The position numbers were made by a program, and so were the translations under genes. The notes under the pieces were generated by a model. That model searched no databases. It was not told the origin of the DNA and worked only from the letters and a program-made list of their open reading frames with translations. From Octopus sinensis (lineage: Eukaryota), in the NCBI RefSeq assembly GCF_006345805.1, contig NC_043001.1, positions 59,024,001-59,088,000 on the forward strand: a stretch of 64,000 bases of DNA, read 5' to 3'. This document shows positions 1 to 11,560 of this stretch, piece after piece (the first letter of the stretch is position 1; every line of letters begins with the position of its first letter).

Positions 1-1168
1 AGTATCTGCAAGAACACACTGTCACGTCAGACATCCTTTCTTCACAATGAATGTGCAGAATTTAACTAGTAAGCATAACATTCCTTGGTGACTATGTTAA
101 ATTCTGATTGAAAAAATACTTTTGTTTCACAAGAGAAAACTACCAGTAACTAGTAACATGAGAATCTGTAAAAATCGAAGCCCTGAAAAACGACTCACAA
201 AGATTCCGCATAATGAATTCCTTTCATTGAAAATTCACACTTAAAGTAAAGAATTTGTTTCTAAACTGAAACGCAAATTACGCTAGATTATATCAATCTT
301 AGCATTTAACTAATACTTTGCTATCTTCAATAACTAAACCTCAAATATGGATGCCAATGATGATCTTGACAAGCTTTGAGACCAAAATGCAAATTTTCGA
401 GTGTAACCCTGCAAAATGTCTCGTCAATATTTTAAACTCAGTGTCAGTCAATCACCTTAACAGACAAAGAATGGGATATTCTGATTATCATTAGATTCAA
501 AGACGCCCCTATATCATTTATGACGAAGATTAATGCAGACGATTCGGAAAAAAAAACACTTGTAAATACTAACAAATGTAAGGGAAAATAATAATTATAG
601 AATATAGTATATTAAGGGCAGGAACAATTTAGACAACCTGGTGAAAAGAAATATTAAATTTCAATATCATTTGTCCTCACCATAAAATAAGAATTACAAA
701 ACTTTCTTTATATCAAGTTGAAGCACGTGAATTTTAATCCTTTATTTCTACTATATAATAGCTTTGACATTAATTTTTAAGAGATAGGGATGAAAACAAT
801 AGATTTTGCCAGTGTAACACCATAAAACTAGTTGTAGGCATATTTTTATGCCTGTGGATCACTATTTCTTAAATAAATTTTTCTCTTCTGACCTGGAAAG
901 AATGTTATGCCTCCCTGCAAACAACAAACGCAGCCAACATCAAGTGCAACGAATGAATCTAAGGAACCTACTTATTGTATACTTTCATCAATTAAAATTG
1001 AAGAAGCTACACGTTCACGTAATTCAGTAGCTACAGTAGAAGATGAAACGTAGCAAAAAGTAACAATTATGCCAAAACTTTCTCTTAGTTGGAGAAATGA
1101 TTCTTTTATGATTCCTGTATATGGAACTCGTGAATTTCCCGATACTTTCACGTTTCTTCCAAGCAGTT

Positions 1169-2220
1169 GATAAACTTAGACTTAGATAAACTTAGATATG
1201 TTTCGACCAAAGATTGGTCCAGGCCATGTCTATCTTAATAGCACCACCTGATAGGATTATTCGAATCCTGTTTAAGTCAAGTTTAGTTTAAGTCAAGTTT
1301 TGTTCAAGTAGTGAGTTCTTGTTGGGTAAGTTGTATCCAATTATGGGTGGCTTATCTGATATTCTTTGAAGGAATCTATCCAGACTCCGTTTAAAGTTGA
1401 TGGGATCCTTTTCCTCTTTGATCTCCATCGGGACAATGTTAAATAGGGCAGGGCCTGTTGAGGAAAAGAAATTATGTTGCAGTGTATATGTATGTTGTGA
1501 TCTTGAATTGGGCAGGGGACGTATGGCCCGTGGTCCCAGTCTTGGATGAACCTTGAAGCTAATGTTAAGGTCGTTTGGGCAAAATTAGCGGTATATTCTC
1601 CACATCGTACAAATGATGTACCGCTCACGGCGACGCTGGAGGGAGTAAAGTTTCAAGGCTTTAAGGCGATCCCAATAATCGAGAGCAACCATGCCTTCAA
1701 TTCGTTTAGTGAGTGCCCTCTGGGGTGACCCAATTCTGGAGATGTTTTGACTTGTATGGGGAGACCACAGTGGGCAGCAGTATTCGATGTGTGGCCGTAC
1801 AAAGGAGGAAAATGTGGTATGATGACACCTTGTTCTCTGGACCGGAAAGTTCTTAAGATCCAGGAACTCATCCTACGAGCTATATCGACCTTCTTGTTGA
1901 TGTGTGCACTCCAACTGAGACAATTACACCCAGGTCTCTGATATTGTTAGAGGCTGTGAGCGGTTCCCCTGAAGGAAGAGAGTATGATTGTTTTAGTGAG
2001 GAATTTCTTCCAAAATGCATCAGCTCAAATTTTCCCTCATTCAGTTGCATTTTGTTTTTGTCTGCCCATTGACTCGCAGCATATAGATATTACTAAGCAT
2101 TCGATAGTGTAGCAAAGGCCAGGCATCAATCTTTATGTTTGCAACAGAGAACAGCATGGACGGCTTAAAAATGGCTGCTAATTCTGGGTTGGACACTTAT
2201 ATCATCACCGTATCTTTGGA
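1169..2220 (-). mobile_element. CR1-like LINE, 3' part (decayed RT C-terminus and 3' tail)
   Basis: Manual minus-strand translation across frameshifts: YGDD (YADD-like, ~2205-2215), SSWILRTFRSRE..FVRPHIEYCCPLWSP..YWDRLKALKLYSLQRRRER..GPALFNIVP..FKRSLDRFLQ. The 3' UTR has a GACCAA/TTGGTC stem-loop and ends in short tandem (TATCTAAGTT)-like repeats at 1169-1198. Confidence 0.85.
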
Positions 2221-3401
2221 ACCAAATATTTATATTTCAAATAGTCATTACTGTGTCATTGTTTCAACGTATACGTGTCACTGCTAAATAAATAACAATT
2301 ATATTCATAGCAGATAAGGTTTTGCATAATGTGTTCCAATAATCTACACACAAAGCCATCAGGACTGGGTTTTGCTAATACTTTATTTCTGATTGTCACT
2401 TTCATTTCTGAAAATATTGGGAGACAATATACAAAGTTGACAGAAATGTTCAATACAATAAGGAATCTGCATATGCTCTTAATATGAAATGATTTAATGC
2501 GTTGTTGTTAATAGAGATCTCCATTATCATCGATGTTTTGAAGCTATATTGGACGACGAAGCCGTACGTTCAGAATTCATTCTTTACGTTTTTTATACTT
2601 TTTTTATAATTTCTTAAGCACTTATGTAAATGTGAAACATAAGAATGAATGAGCGATGTAGCAAAGAAGAGACATTTTCGAACGTAAGCAATTTCGAACG
2701 TAAGAAACTAAGAACTACCAGGTTCTAATTAATGAACAAGTTTTCGTAATTGCACCATATTACAAGAACAGATGAAATTACTGAACATTACAGGGGTGGA
2801 GCTTCAGCACACAATAAATAAATAGATAAATAAGTACATGAGTTTAAATAATAACTTCAAATATCTATTGCATTCTTGAGAAGAATCAGGGAAGTAACTG
2901 TTCCTCAAATGTAGCATTTATACATTTCATTAATTGATTCATAATTATTTTTACATTTTATTACTCCTTTTAATCAAATATATTATTTATCTGAATTGAC
3001 GTTGAATGTATGTGGACTGAATTTTTAGAACATATTGAAGGAAATTTCATTCGTACACATTACAAAAGAGACCTCGCAACCAATTTCAAATTCAAATTGG
3101 ATAATCTAAATCTCGATAGACGCAGATAAATCAAAATATGTAAGTGATCAAATAAGGGAAGTGTGACTTGAAAAGTTCCTTTTATTTCTTAAGAGCATCA
3201 TATGTGCTCTGTCTTGAATGTATATATATATATATATATAAATACAGAGCCTTACATTTTTTATTTTGATGTATATATGTCTATACATATGTATACGCAA
3301 GCAAACACACACTCACATGCACACATAAATATATATACGCATACATATATACATATACATACATACATATATACATACATACATACATTCATACAAAGTA
3401 C

Positions 3402-3725
3402 CTGATGAACAAGCTTCGAAACTTCCAGCTTCTATATCCAGACTATGAATTCATATTCACCCCAATAATAATTGGAGCACTAGGTTTTGTTAGTAAATGC
3501 TTAAAGGAGAATCTGGATAAACTGGGATTTTCGAAAGAGAAATCGACTGTCTAATTCGTACATTACAAGTGCAATCTGTGAGTGGAACACTAAAAATATG
3601 CAAGACTTTTCTTAAGTTCAAAATGTGAATTTGTCTGTGTTAACTACATCCCAAATATGGAACCTTGTATCATTGATAGAAACCGGCTCATTCATGAGTG
3701 GAGAATTTATTATAATAATAAAAAA
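3402..3725 (+). mobile_element. R4/Dong-like non-LTR retrotransposon 3' end (C-terminus of restriction-like endonuclease region)
   Basis: LRNFQLLYPDYEFIFTPIIIGALGFVSKCLKENLDKLGFSKE/IDCLIRTLQVQSVSGTLKICKTFLKFKM* (one frameshift, TGA at 3626-3628), then a short UTR ending in TAA/A-rich sequence; flanked by (TACA)n. Confidence 0.8.
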
Positions 3726-3739
3726 ATAGAAGAGACACA

Positions 3740-3793
3740 CATACATATATGCATACATACATACATACATACATACATACATACATACATACA
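3740..3793. repeat. (TACA)n microsatellite
   Basis: Direct reading. Confidence 0.95.
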
Positions 3794-4551
3794 TAGTCTT
3801 ACTCTATTATAACAATTTTTATTTATAGTTTTCCAAATTATTTTTCGGAAATGCTTGCAACTCCTATTCACTTTTTTACCAACCGTTCGGTGTCAGTAAT
3901 TTGTCCCACATCTAAATTAAATTAAATACACACATGACAATGATTTCAAATTCACGTAGCTGATTCTTTTATTTTTTAGTTCATTTCTAACAATAATTCT
4001 CATGCGCTTTGAGAGAAACATAAATTTCCAGATTATCGTGATTTATAACGCATCACATGTAAACCAAATATCAAAACAATGTCGTAGTTAAGAACAGATG
4101 TATAATTAATATATATTATTATCTTCAACTTAGATGTGTTATATGGAGACAATTGTGCTAATAAATAGTAAATATTAGTAATTTTATATACCAAGTATAT
4201 CATTTGTGTACACACTATAGAATATAAGTTGTTCTATGCAATGATTGTAAATGGAAACAACACTTTCTATTACCGTCTTTTATAAACGTTTAAAAGCTGT
4301 TGATTACTTAATGTTTTGAAAAGAATTAGACTATAAGAAGATCAATGGAATATCTTGTACATTAACACAAATTCTGCTAATATAATTTGCTTAAATGCTA
4401 AATGAAAGCAAAGGAAATTTATAAATACACCTGTACGGCTAACAGACTGGTCGAAGAATATTCATATGAAATATAGCATTCAATTTAAACTAAATTTATG
4501 ATAAATACGCAAAGTTTTCATACGATTTCTTGTGTAAATTTACATTGAGTG

Positions 4552-4620
4552 GTGTGTGTGTGTGTGTGTGTGTGCATGTGTGTGTATGTGTGTATATGTG
4601 TGTGCGTGTGTTTGTACACA
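4552..4620. repeat. (TG)n microsatellite
   Basis: Direct reading. Confidence 0.95.
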
Positions 4621-5789
4621 CGCACGGACATACTGTATTCCCTCTTACGACATCGGAAGTTTTCAAATAAAATTAGTTGGTTATTTTACACAGTGCAAGG
4701 GCGCACGAAAATGCCACGTATATGAATTTTCCACTAATATTAATCTAATAATAATCCTGCCAACTCCATCAAATAATTTCTATGCCATCCACTTTTGCTA
4801 TTAGTACATTTTGGAAAGCTACTACATTTTTCATTTTCCCAGTCTTTGTGAAGATGTATTTGTTGACCGATAAACATATATTGTTAATATTCGTGTAATA
4901 TGTCTGATATCATGTTGAAATCGTGAGGTTCATCAATAACTGAAATGCGACGTCTCAGCAGTTATGTAAAGAAATTTCGTATAAAGATTCAAATCGAGAG
5001 CAGCGTGATGAAAGTATCTCATAGCTTTTATAACTATATTACATCACTTGATACGGAGCAGTATAACATTCTGTCTCATTAAAATACTTTGTAAGAACAA
5101 AGAACATGCTTAACTCAAGTAAACACCGTAATAATACTAAAGAATAAAGATAAACATGTTGACCTCTATAACAATAAGATGGAAATCATAGGATACAGAA
5201 ATAAGGTTATCACGCAAGGGAACAAAACACCTTCCTTACGGTGACAGTCAAAATAAAAGATACACGAGTTATAACTTCTTAAACTCTATTTTTAAATATT
5301 TTGCCTCATCCATTTTATATCCTGTAAAAATATAGTCGTCATGTGGAATGGCGACCTGATTGTACTGATCAGTTCTGTTTCAATGAGTAGAAATTTTACT
5401 GAGAGGTGAACTTTGGTTTTTCATCCTTCCGAAGCCGATAAAATTCGAAGTAGTAAGAGATCGAAATGAATTTAATTATTTACAGACATACTCAATAAAA
5501 TATTGCCGTTTTTCCTGAGGGTACCAATCACTGCATTTTGTATGTAGGAATAATTTTTGTGAATTTTATTGCTAATCAACAGTAAAGTAAAACGGGTAAC
5601 TTTTGACCTTATTGAAGAAAACACGCTGACAAATAATCTAGGGAATTGGTAGAAATTACATATTTTCTGAGAATTTGTCAGAAGTAAATTTCGCTGGAGG
5701 CCATTAAAAGGGAAAAGTTGGTGAAGAATGAAAGTATTGTGGAGTAATAGAAATAGCGTAGACGGCAAATTAGATGAATGCACAAATCG

Positions 5790-6190
5790 TACAAGGGAGA
5801 GTGATGAAGAGAGTGATGAGAAGAGAAATAAATTTGCAGTCAGCGAGAATGATGAAAGAAAGATATTAAAGATTTAGAACTAGTGAGGGTTACAAATGTG
5901 AAACAGATATAAAGGAGATAGATGAAGACAATGTGAAAAAAGTGAGTGGGAGAGGGCATGGAGTGTAAGACAAATGAAGAGGGTTGGTAAGAAAGAGATT
6001 AAGGAAATAATAAAATATATAGAGAGAGAGAAAGAAAGAGTGGGGAAGAGTGAAAGAAAAGTGTAGGAAAGATTCGAGAGTCACAGAGAAAGAGATTGAA
6101 GAAATGACGTAGAGATACAATGAAAGGAAATAGAGAAAGTAATTTTAGTGAGATGACAATATAACATTGTAGAGGGTTAAAAGCCACAGA
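5790..6190. repeat. Purine-rich (GA-rich) low-complexity tract
   Basis: Strong G/A strand bias; decayed (GA)n. Confidence 0.8.
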
Positions 6191-6769
6191 CAGTTTGATT
6201 ATAGACAGCTCCACGTAACTACAAGCAATTCAACCGTTTCGCCATTGTTCTATGCATACAACAATGGTTAAAGAACAATGCTAGCATCCTGGTGATCAAT
6301 GCAAAATACGAATCCACAAATTGAAGTAGAAATTTCAATATTTGGCAAACAGAGTTTATCAAATATTGATAAGAAAAAAATTAGTTAAATGAAAACTAAA
6401 TCTGTAAATTTGTTTCAGTCTACGTTTGAAGATTATTTATTTGACATGGCCAATGCTTTTCAGAAATTTGAAAATGCATGAATATTACAATTACTCTAAA
6501 TACAACTGTCCTTACTGTATCTTATTCTATATGTGTTTGTGCGTGTAAACTGTTATACGCACACACGCGAGCGTAGTTCTTCACAACATGCATGCATTCT
6601 CACTTACGTAAACACATATGCGTTTCTTTCAGCTGGTTTGATGCCAACCACTAACAAAGTGACAAAGCTCTGAAAACATTTCATGTATTTGTTTCTCCGT
6701 TTTGTTTGCTTTTTCTAATGAATTAATGTATGCATTTAAACTTTTGGTGCTCTTTAGTGTCCCTTTAGT

Positions 6770-7290
6770 GCTTTGTAAATGATACGATTCAGCTCTTCAA
6801 TGACCTCTTGACAGACCTTATGCCTCTCGCTCTAAACCTTCGGTTAATGAGGATCTGCTCAATACGCTTGTTGATATAGTATATATTCATCGTTGTTAGC
6901 ATTTTTCTTGTCTTGATATCCAAATAGTGCATTTATTCAACTGCTTCATCTAGTAATCCCAAAGTTGTTCTAGCATATAATTTCATTGAATGTTAACAGC
7001 TCTGACTACTTTAGATTCCTGAGTATGATGAAATGTTTTGTTTGTCACTAAAGCTTCATCTAAAGCACCAACATGCAAAATTCTCGTCCGCTTCGGTATA
7101 TTTGGAGAGATCATCATAGGTGATGGGTGACATAACGAGGCATTGACAGTCATATTTCTTTTCTAGTCGACAATGTGTGTCGCTACTAAACACGAGCATT
7201 GGTCCTAAACAACATCTCTTCGTATATCCTGTTAAAACGTTGTGATCAGTTCCGTCACATACTTTCTCAAGTATTACTGGAATACAACTC
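6770..7290 (-). mobile_element. Highly decayed R4/Dong-like RT fragment
   Basis: Minus strand reads ..YLDIKTRKMLTTMNIYYINKRIEQILINRRFRARGIRSV, resembling the R4-clade motif LDxKTRKxLT..xDxDRLYxxRxxGGRGL; upstream SKYTEADEN resembles YKYLGxDEN. Confidence 0.6.
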
Positions 7291-7644
7291 AAGAGCTCAA
7301 AAAATTAGGTGTGTGTGAAAAATATTTCTCCTCGTAATATACTCTCGTGCAAATTTAACATTTGTTTATCATAACAGCTAACACGAAATTTTGTTGATAG
7401 ACTATCACATGAAATACTCCGGTAAGTACATTAATTTACTTTCAGGTTTTAGTAGTAGCTCGGATTTTTATTGTTAGCTCTGTGAGTAACGTTGTTACCA
7501 GCATCTAATGGCATTATCTTTACAAACGGAATATTAGGTGAGCGTCGTGACTCTAAGATGCATCAGACAGGATGAAACATGTTTATATAATAGAAATTAT
7601 ATTCAAAGAATCAAACGGCGTTCAGAGTAAGCACACAGTCACGT

Positions 7645-7657
7645 ATATATATATATA

Positions 7658-7711
<54 letters not shown>

Positions 7712-7743
7712 TCTATCTATCAATCTATCTATATATCTATCTA

Positions 7744-7781
<38 letters not shown>

Positions 7782-7871
7782 CATATCTCTATATATACAC
7801 ATATATATATATACATACACATATATATGTATATTTACATATGAATATATATGTATGTGTATATATGTATA

Positions 7872-7921
<50 letters not shown>

Positions 7922-7990
7922 TATATATATATAGCATATATATCTATATATAAATATATATATGTACATACATATATATATATATATATA
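7645..7990. repeat. (TA)n/(TCTA)n compound microsatellite
   Basis: Direct reading. Confidence 0.95.
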
Positions 7991-8088
7991 GTTAATCCAA
8001 ACAAGAAAACACAAAAAAACACAGCAACGCAAGGACGTGGAACAAATAAAGTATTATTGGACGCTCAGGAAAGAAGGCAAGAAGGAGA

Positions 8089-8123
8089 GTTTAACGTTTC
8101 GAGCGGAGCTCTTCGTCGGAAAC
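8089..8123 (-). ncRNA. Minimal hammerhead-ribozyme-like motif (Penelope/retrozyme type), copy 1
   Basis: Minus strand: GUUU-CCGACGA-A-GAGC(UCC)GCUC-GAAA-C-GUU^AAAC. Stem I GUUU/AAAC, stem II GAGC/GCUC, palindromic ACGU stem III; core has U4C relative to CUGANGA. Confidence 0.65.
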
Positions 8124-8384
8124 AAAGGAGAAGGAAATATCCCGAGAAGGAAGACAGAGGAAAAAAAATTGCTGGCGGTGCTCACGAGGTTACATGTTGA
8201 AAGAACGGAAGTTGAAAGGTAGACGAATCAAGTTTTTTAGAGACAGGAGAGTTTCAAAGACAGTATGGTAAGGACAAGGAATGTGTGTGGGTGTGTGCGT
8301 GCGTGAAGGTCTGCGGGTGTGCGTGTGTGTGTATGTGTGCAATGATGACACGTGTGTGTGGGGGGGTATATATATATGTATATA

Positions 8385-8441
<57 letters not shown>

Positions 8442-8594
8442 CATATATATCTATATATAATATATATATGTACATACATATATATATATATATATAGTTA
8501 ATCCAAACAAGAAAACACAAAAAAACACAGCAACGCAAGGACGTGGAACAAATAAAGTATTATTGGACGCTCAGGAAAGAAGGCAAGAAGGAGA

Positions 8595-8629
8595 GTTTAA
8601 CGTTTCGAGCGGAGCTCTTCGTCGGAAAC
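8595..8629 (-). ncRNA. Minimal hammerhead-ribozyme-like motif, copy 2
   Basis: Identical to 8089-8123, in the second tandem unit. Confidence 0.65.
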
Positions 8630-8957
8630 AAAGGAGAAGGAAATATCCCGAGAAGGGAAGACAGAGGAAAAAAAATTGCTGGCGGTGCTCACGAGGTTAC
8701 ATGTTGAAAGAACGGAAGTTGAAAGGTAGACGAATCAAGTTTTTTAGAGACAGGAGAGTTTCAAAGACAGTATGGTAAGGACAAGGAATGTGTGTGGGTG
8801 TGTGCGTGCGTGAAGGTCTGCGGGTGTGCGTGTGTGTGTATGTGTGCAATGATGACACGTGTGTGTGGGGGGGTATATATATATATGTATATATATATGC
8901 GTGTATATATATATGTGTGTGTGTGCGTGTGTGTGAAGTATATTTGTCACTTAAATG

Positions 8958-9190
8958 TGGCTAACCACTAAGAGTGGGTGCTACTGTAGCTTGTAGCCCC
9001 AGGAGAACATCTTCTCCAGCTAGCAATTGACACACTTTCTGTGTCCTATCAGTATTTGCAAAGGGAAGCCATCCTTCCAATCGTCGACTTGACGTGATAC
9101 GCACGGACCCGGGTTTCTATGTTAGCGCACGACAATCACCGGTCTTCGATGCGAAGGGGTCCCAATGCAAATATATATATATATCCCTCT
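8958..9190 (+). repeat. Dispersed repeat family (GGCTAACC..GCTACTGTAGC..), copy A
   Basis: Homologous to an inverted copy at ~10035-10275 and a partial copy at ~45107-45200. Confidence 0.85.
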
Positions 9191-10034
9191 CTCTTTGATT
9201 CCTTGCTCCCTGCCTTTCTTTTTTCTTTCTCTTTCTTCCGTGTTCTCACGTGACCGCGTTCAAACTGGTCATTTCGGCCTGACCGCGGCCACGCTCACGT
9301 TGTTTTCGTTTTGCCGTTGAAGGCTTTTTTCATATACGCCAGCCAAGATAAGTTTAAAATTGTCTAAAGTCGTAAGACGCTCCTGTCCTTGTACTGTCCA
9401 CCATTCTATTTTTGTTTCTTGTATTTATATTCAGTGGCATCCTGTCTTTGTTCCGTATACATTCGACCCTCTTTCCAAGAAATCCAGTGCCTGTGGCTTG
9501 GTTTTTCCTTGGGGCTGGCCGGGTCGGAGTAATATCGAGATTAAACAGCCGAAATTACTAAGATGATCCGGTTCCCGACTGAAGATTAGAGGCTTCGAGT
9601 GACCCGTCTGTTTTTTTGTGTCGTCTTCTTGTGTGTTTTTGCGTTCTTGTCCCACTTTGTAATTTATATTTTATATTTAATTTCTATATATACATACCAT
9701 TTTTCCAGTGACGAAAAGTCACTGATCTCGAAAACGTGTAAATCTCTCAGTGAGGTATAAACAGTAGCTGCACGACATAAAAGTCGGGTTGTTTTGAGAT
9801 GTGCAAAAATTTGAAAGTAAAAAATTCAAAGTAAAGCTAATTTTCTATTTTCCATTTCATTTGACAACGCTTCCTTTTGCGTGTGTTCATGTGTGTGTGT
9901 ATGTATGTGCTTGTGTGTGTGTGTGTGTTTATGTGTTTGTATGTGTGTGTATGTATAGAGAAACAAATAGAAGTATCGAGAGAGTGGTAGATAGTTATAA
10001 TAGAAGATCAGACGATGAGAACAAGTGCCAGGAA

Positions 10035-10275
10035 AAAGGATATATGTATTTGCATTGGAACCCCTTCGCATCAAAGACCGGTGAATGTTGTGCGCTGACG
10101 ACGGGTAATTACCGAAAAAACCTGGCTCCGTGCATATCACGCCAGGTCGACGATGGGAAGGATGGCTTCCGTTTGCAAATACTGATAGGACTCAGAATGT
10201 GTGTCAATAGCCAGGGGGAGAAAATGTTCTTCTGGGGCAACAAGCTACAGTAGCATCCACTCTTAGTGGTTAACC
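10035..10275 (-). repeat. Inverted copy B of the 8958-9190 repeat
   Basis: e.g. TTTGCATTGGAACCCCTTCGCATCAAAGACCGGTGA is the near reverse complement of TCACCGGTCTTCGATGCGAAGGGGTCCCAATGCAAA. Confidence 0.85.
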
Positions 10276-10351
10276 AATATACTTCACATTGTCATGCAGC
10301 TACTTTTAATACCGAGTTCAGAGATTTATTAGGTATATATACATATGTACA

Positions 10352-10408
<57 letters not shown>

Positions 10409-10949
10409 TCGAGTTTGTGTAAATGTGTATAGAATAATATATAGGTTGTGTAAAGTTAAAACAGTCTGGTGTTTATGCTTTTTTTATAGTATTATTGCAA
10501 AATTAGCGCTTTCATACATTTAGTGAACACCTAGAGACAGGTGGTCAGAAAAGTTTTCCTTTCCTCCAGCTATATGATACAAGCGAGGTTGGAAGAATGT
10601 TTACAGAAAATTGGATCATTAAAATGTTCAAACTTCTTCTGAACGGAATTAAGAGCAATAATATAACAACCAGTTAATGATGTAGATTAATAAATATAAA
10701 CCGTACAGAATATCGGTACGCCTGGAAAATTGTTTAAGAGCATGCGGAATGATCAAAAGGGTATTCTGAAAATTCAATTGGTTGGCGCGTTCTAAGAAAT
10801 ACTGATGTTGTCAAGAACTCAACTCAAAAATAAACAAATTTGAAATCTGATGAGTACACTATGTATGAAAGAGTTAATTTTGCTAAAATATTATAATAAT
10901 AAACGTGAAAACCAGATTATGTTTTAACTTTGTTCAACTTATATATATA

Positions 10950-11213
10950 TAAGCGATGGTGGGGAACTAACACAGACACACAAATACATATATCCACACG
11001 CACACACACACGCACACACCCATATATACACACACACACATATGTATATACACGACGGGCTTCTTTCGGTTTCCGTCTACCAATTCCATTAACAAGGCTT
11101 TGGTGGGCCCGAGGCTATAGTAGAAGACACTTGCCCAAAATGCCACACAGTGGGACTAAACCAAGAACCATATGATTTGGAAACAAGCTTCTTACCACAT
11201 AGCCAATCCTGCG

Positions 11214-11216
<3 letters not shown>
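10950..11216 (-). mobile_element. tRNA-derived SINE, family 1
   Basis: Reverse complement: AGGCGCAGGATTGGCTATGTGGTAAG (A box)..GGTTTAGTCCC (B box)..TTGGGCAAGTGTCTTCTACTATAGCC..AAGAAGCCCGTCG, then internal (TG)n; same family as 15.1, 25.6 and 45.2 kb. Confidence 0.9.
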
Positions 11217-11258
<42 letters not shown>

Positions 11259-11341
11259 TACGCGTGTGTATACATATATCGGTGCTCCAGCATGGCCGTA
11301 GCCTAATGACTTATACAAGAAAAGGTAAATGCTAAAAGATA

Positions 11342-11560
11342 TATACAAAGAAGTGCTAAAAAGTTCCTGGTTTTAAGCGTATCGCGAAACGCCTGGCTGG
11401 AGGCCCAATCTTTCGAGTTCTGCTAAGAAAAACTGAAGGACTGCTGCAATAAGTGTGTGTGTGTGTTTCTGAGATGGGAATATTTTGAATAAAACTATAA
11501 TTAACTGATCCTCCTGTCTTCTTTTTTACCCAAGTCGAGGAACTTTTCAATATTCACTGT
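11342..11560. mobile_element. Mariner-derived MITE
   Basis: Imperfect TIRs GTGCTAAAAAGTTCCTGG / CGAGGAACTTTTCAATAT; internal ..GCAATAAGTGTGTG..GGGAATATTTTGAATAA resembles the mariner transposase end (KC..GEYFE*). Confidence 0.65.

Larger units (their letters stand above)
7934..8899. repeat. Tandem duplication, ~506-bp unit x2, embedded in (TA)n
   Basis: GTTAATCCAAACAAG.. starts at 7991 and 8497; the non-microsatellite cores appear identical except one extra G (GAAGGAAG vs GAAGGGAAG). Confidence 0.95.

Noticed and set aside
1198-1226. Minus-strand stem-loop followed by GAAAC
   Set aside because: No CUGANGA core; better explained as the CR1-like 3' UTR stem-loop.
3402-3428. CTGATGA..GAAAC hammerhead-like string
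   Set aside because: No stem II or stem I pairing; the CGAAAC belongs to the LRNF codons of the R4/Dong fragment.
7572-8538. Many [12 protein letters not shown] ORFs here and throughout the window (e.g. 14053-14637, 38683-39211, 56418-57010)
   Set aside because: Stop-free translations of (TA)n, (TG)n and (GATA)n microsatellites, not proteins.
8990-9055. Attempted HDV-like or twister fold for the 8958-9190 repeat
   Set aside because: A P1-like and a P4-like stem can be drawn, but P2/P3 and the catalytic junction could not be completed consistently across copies.
9705-9745. GTGACGAAAAG..CTCGAAAACGTG possible hammerhead
   Set aside because: Core and stems are too degenerate to support a call.
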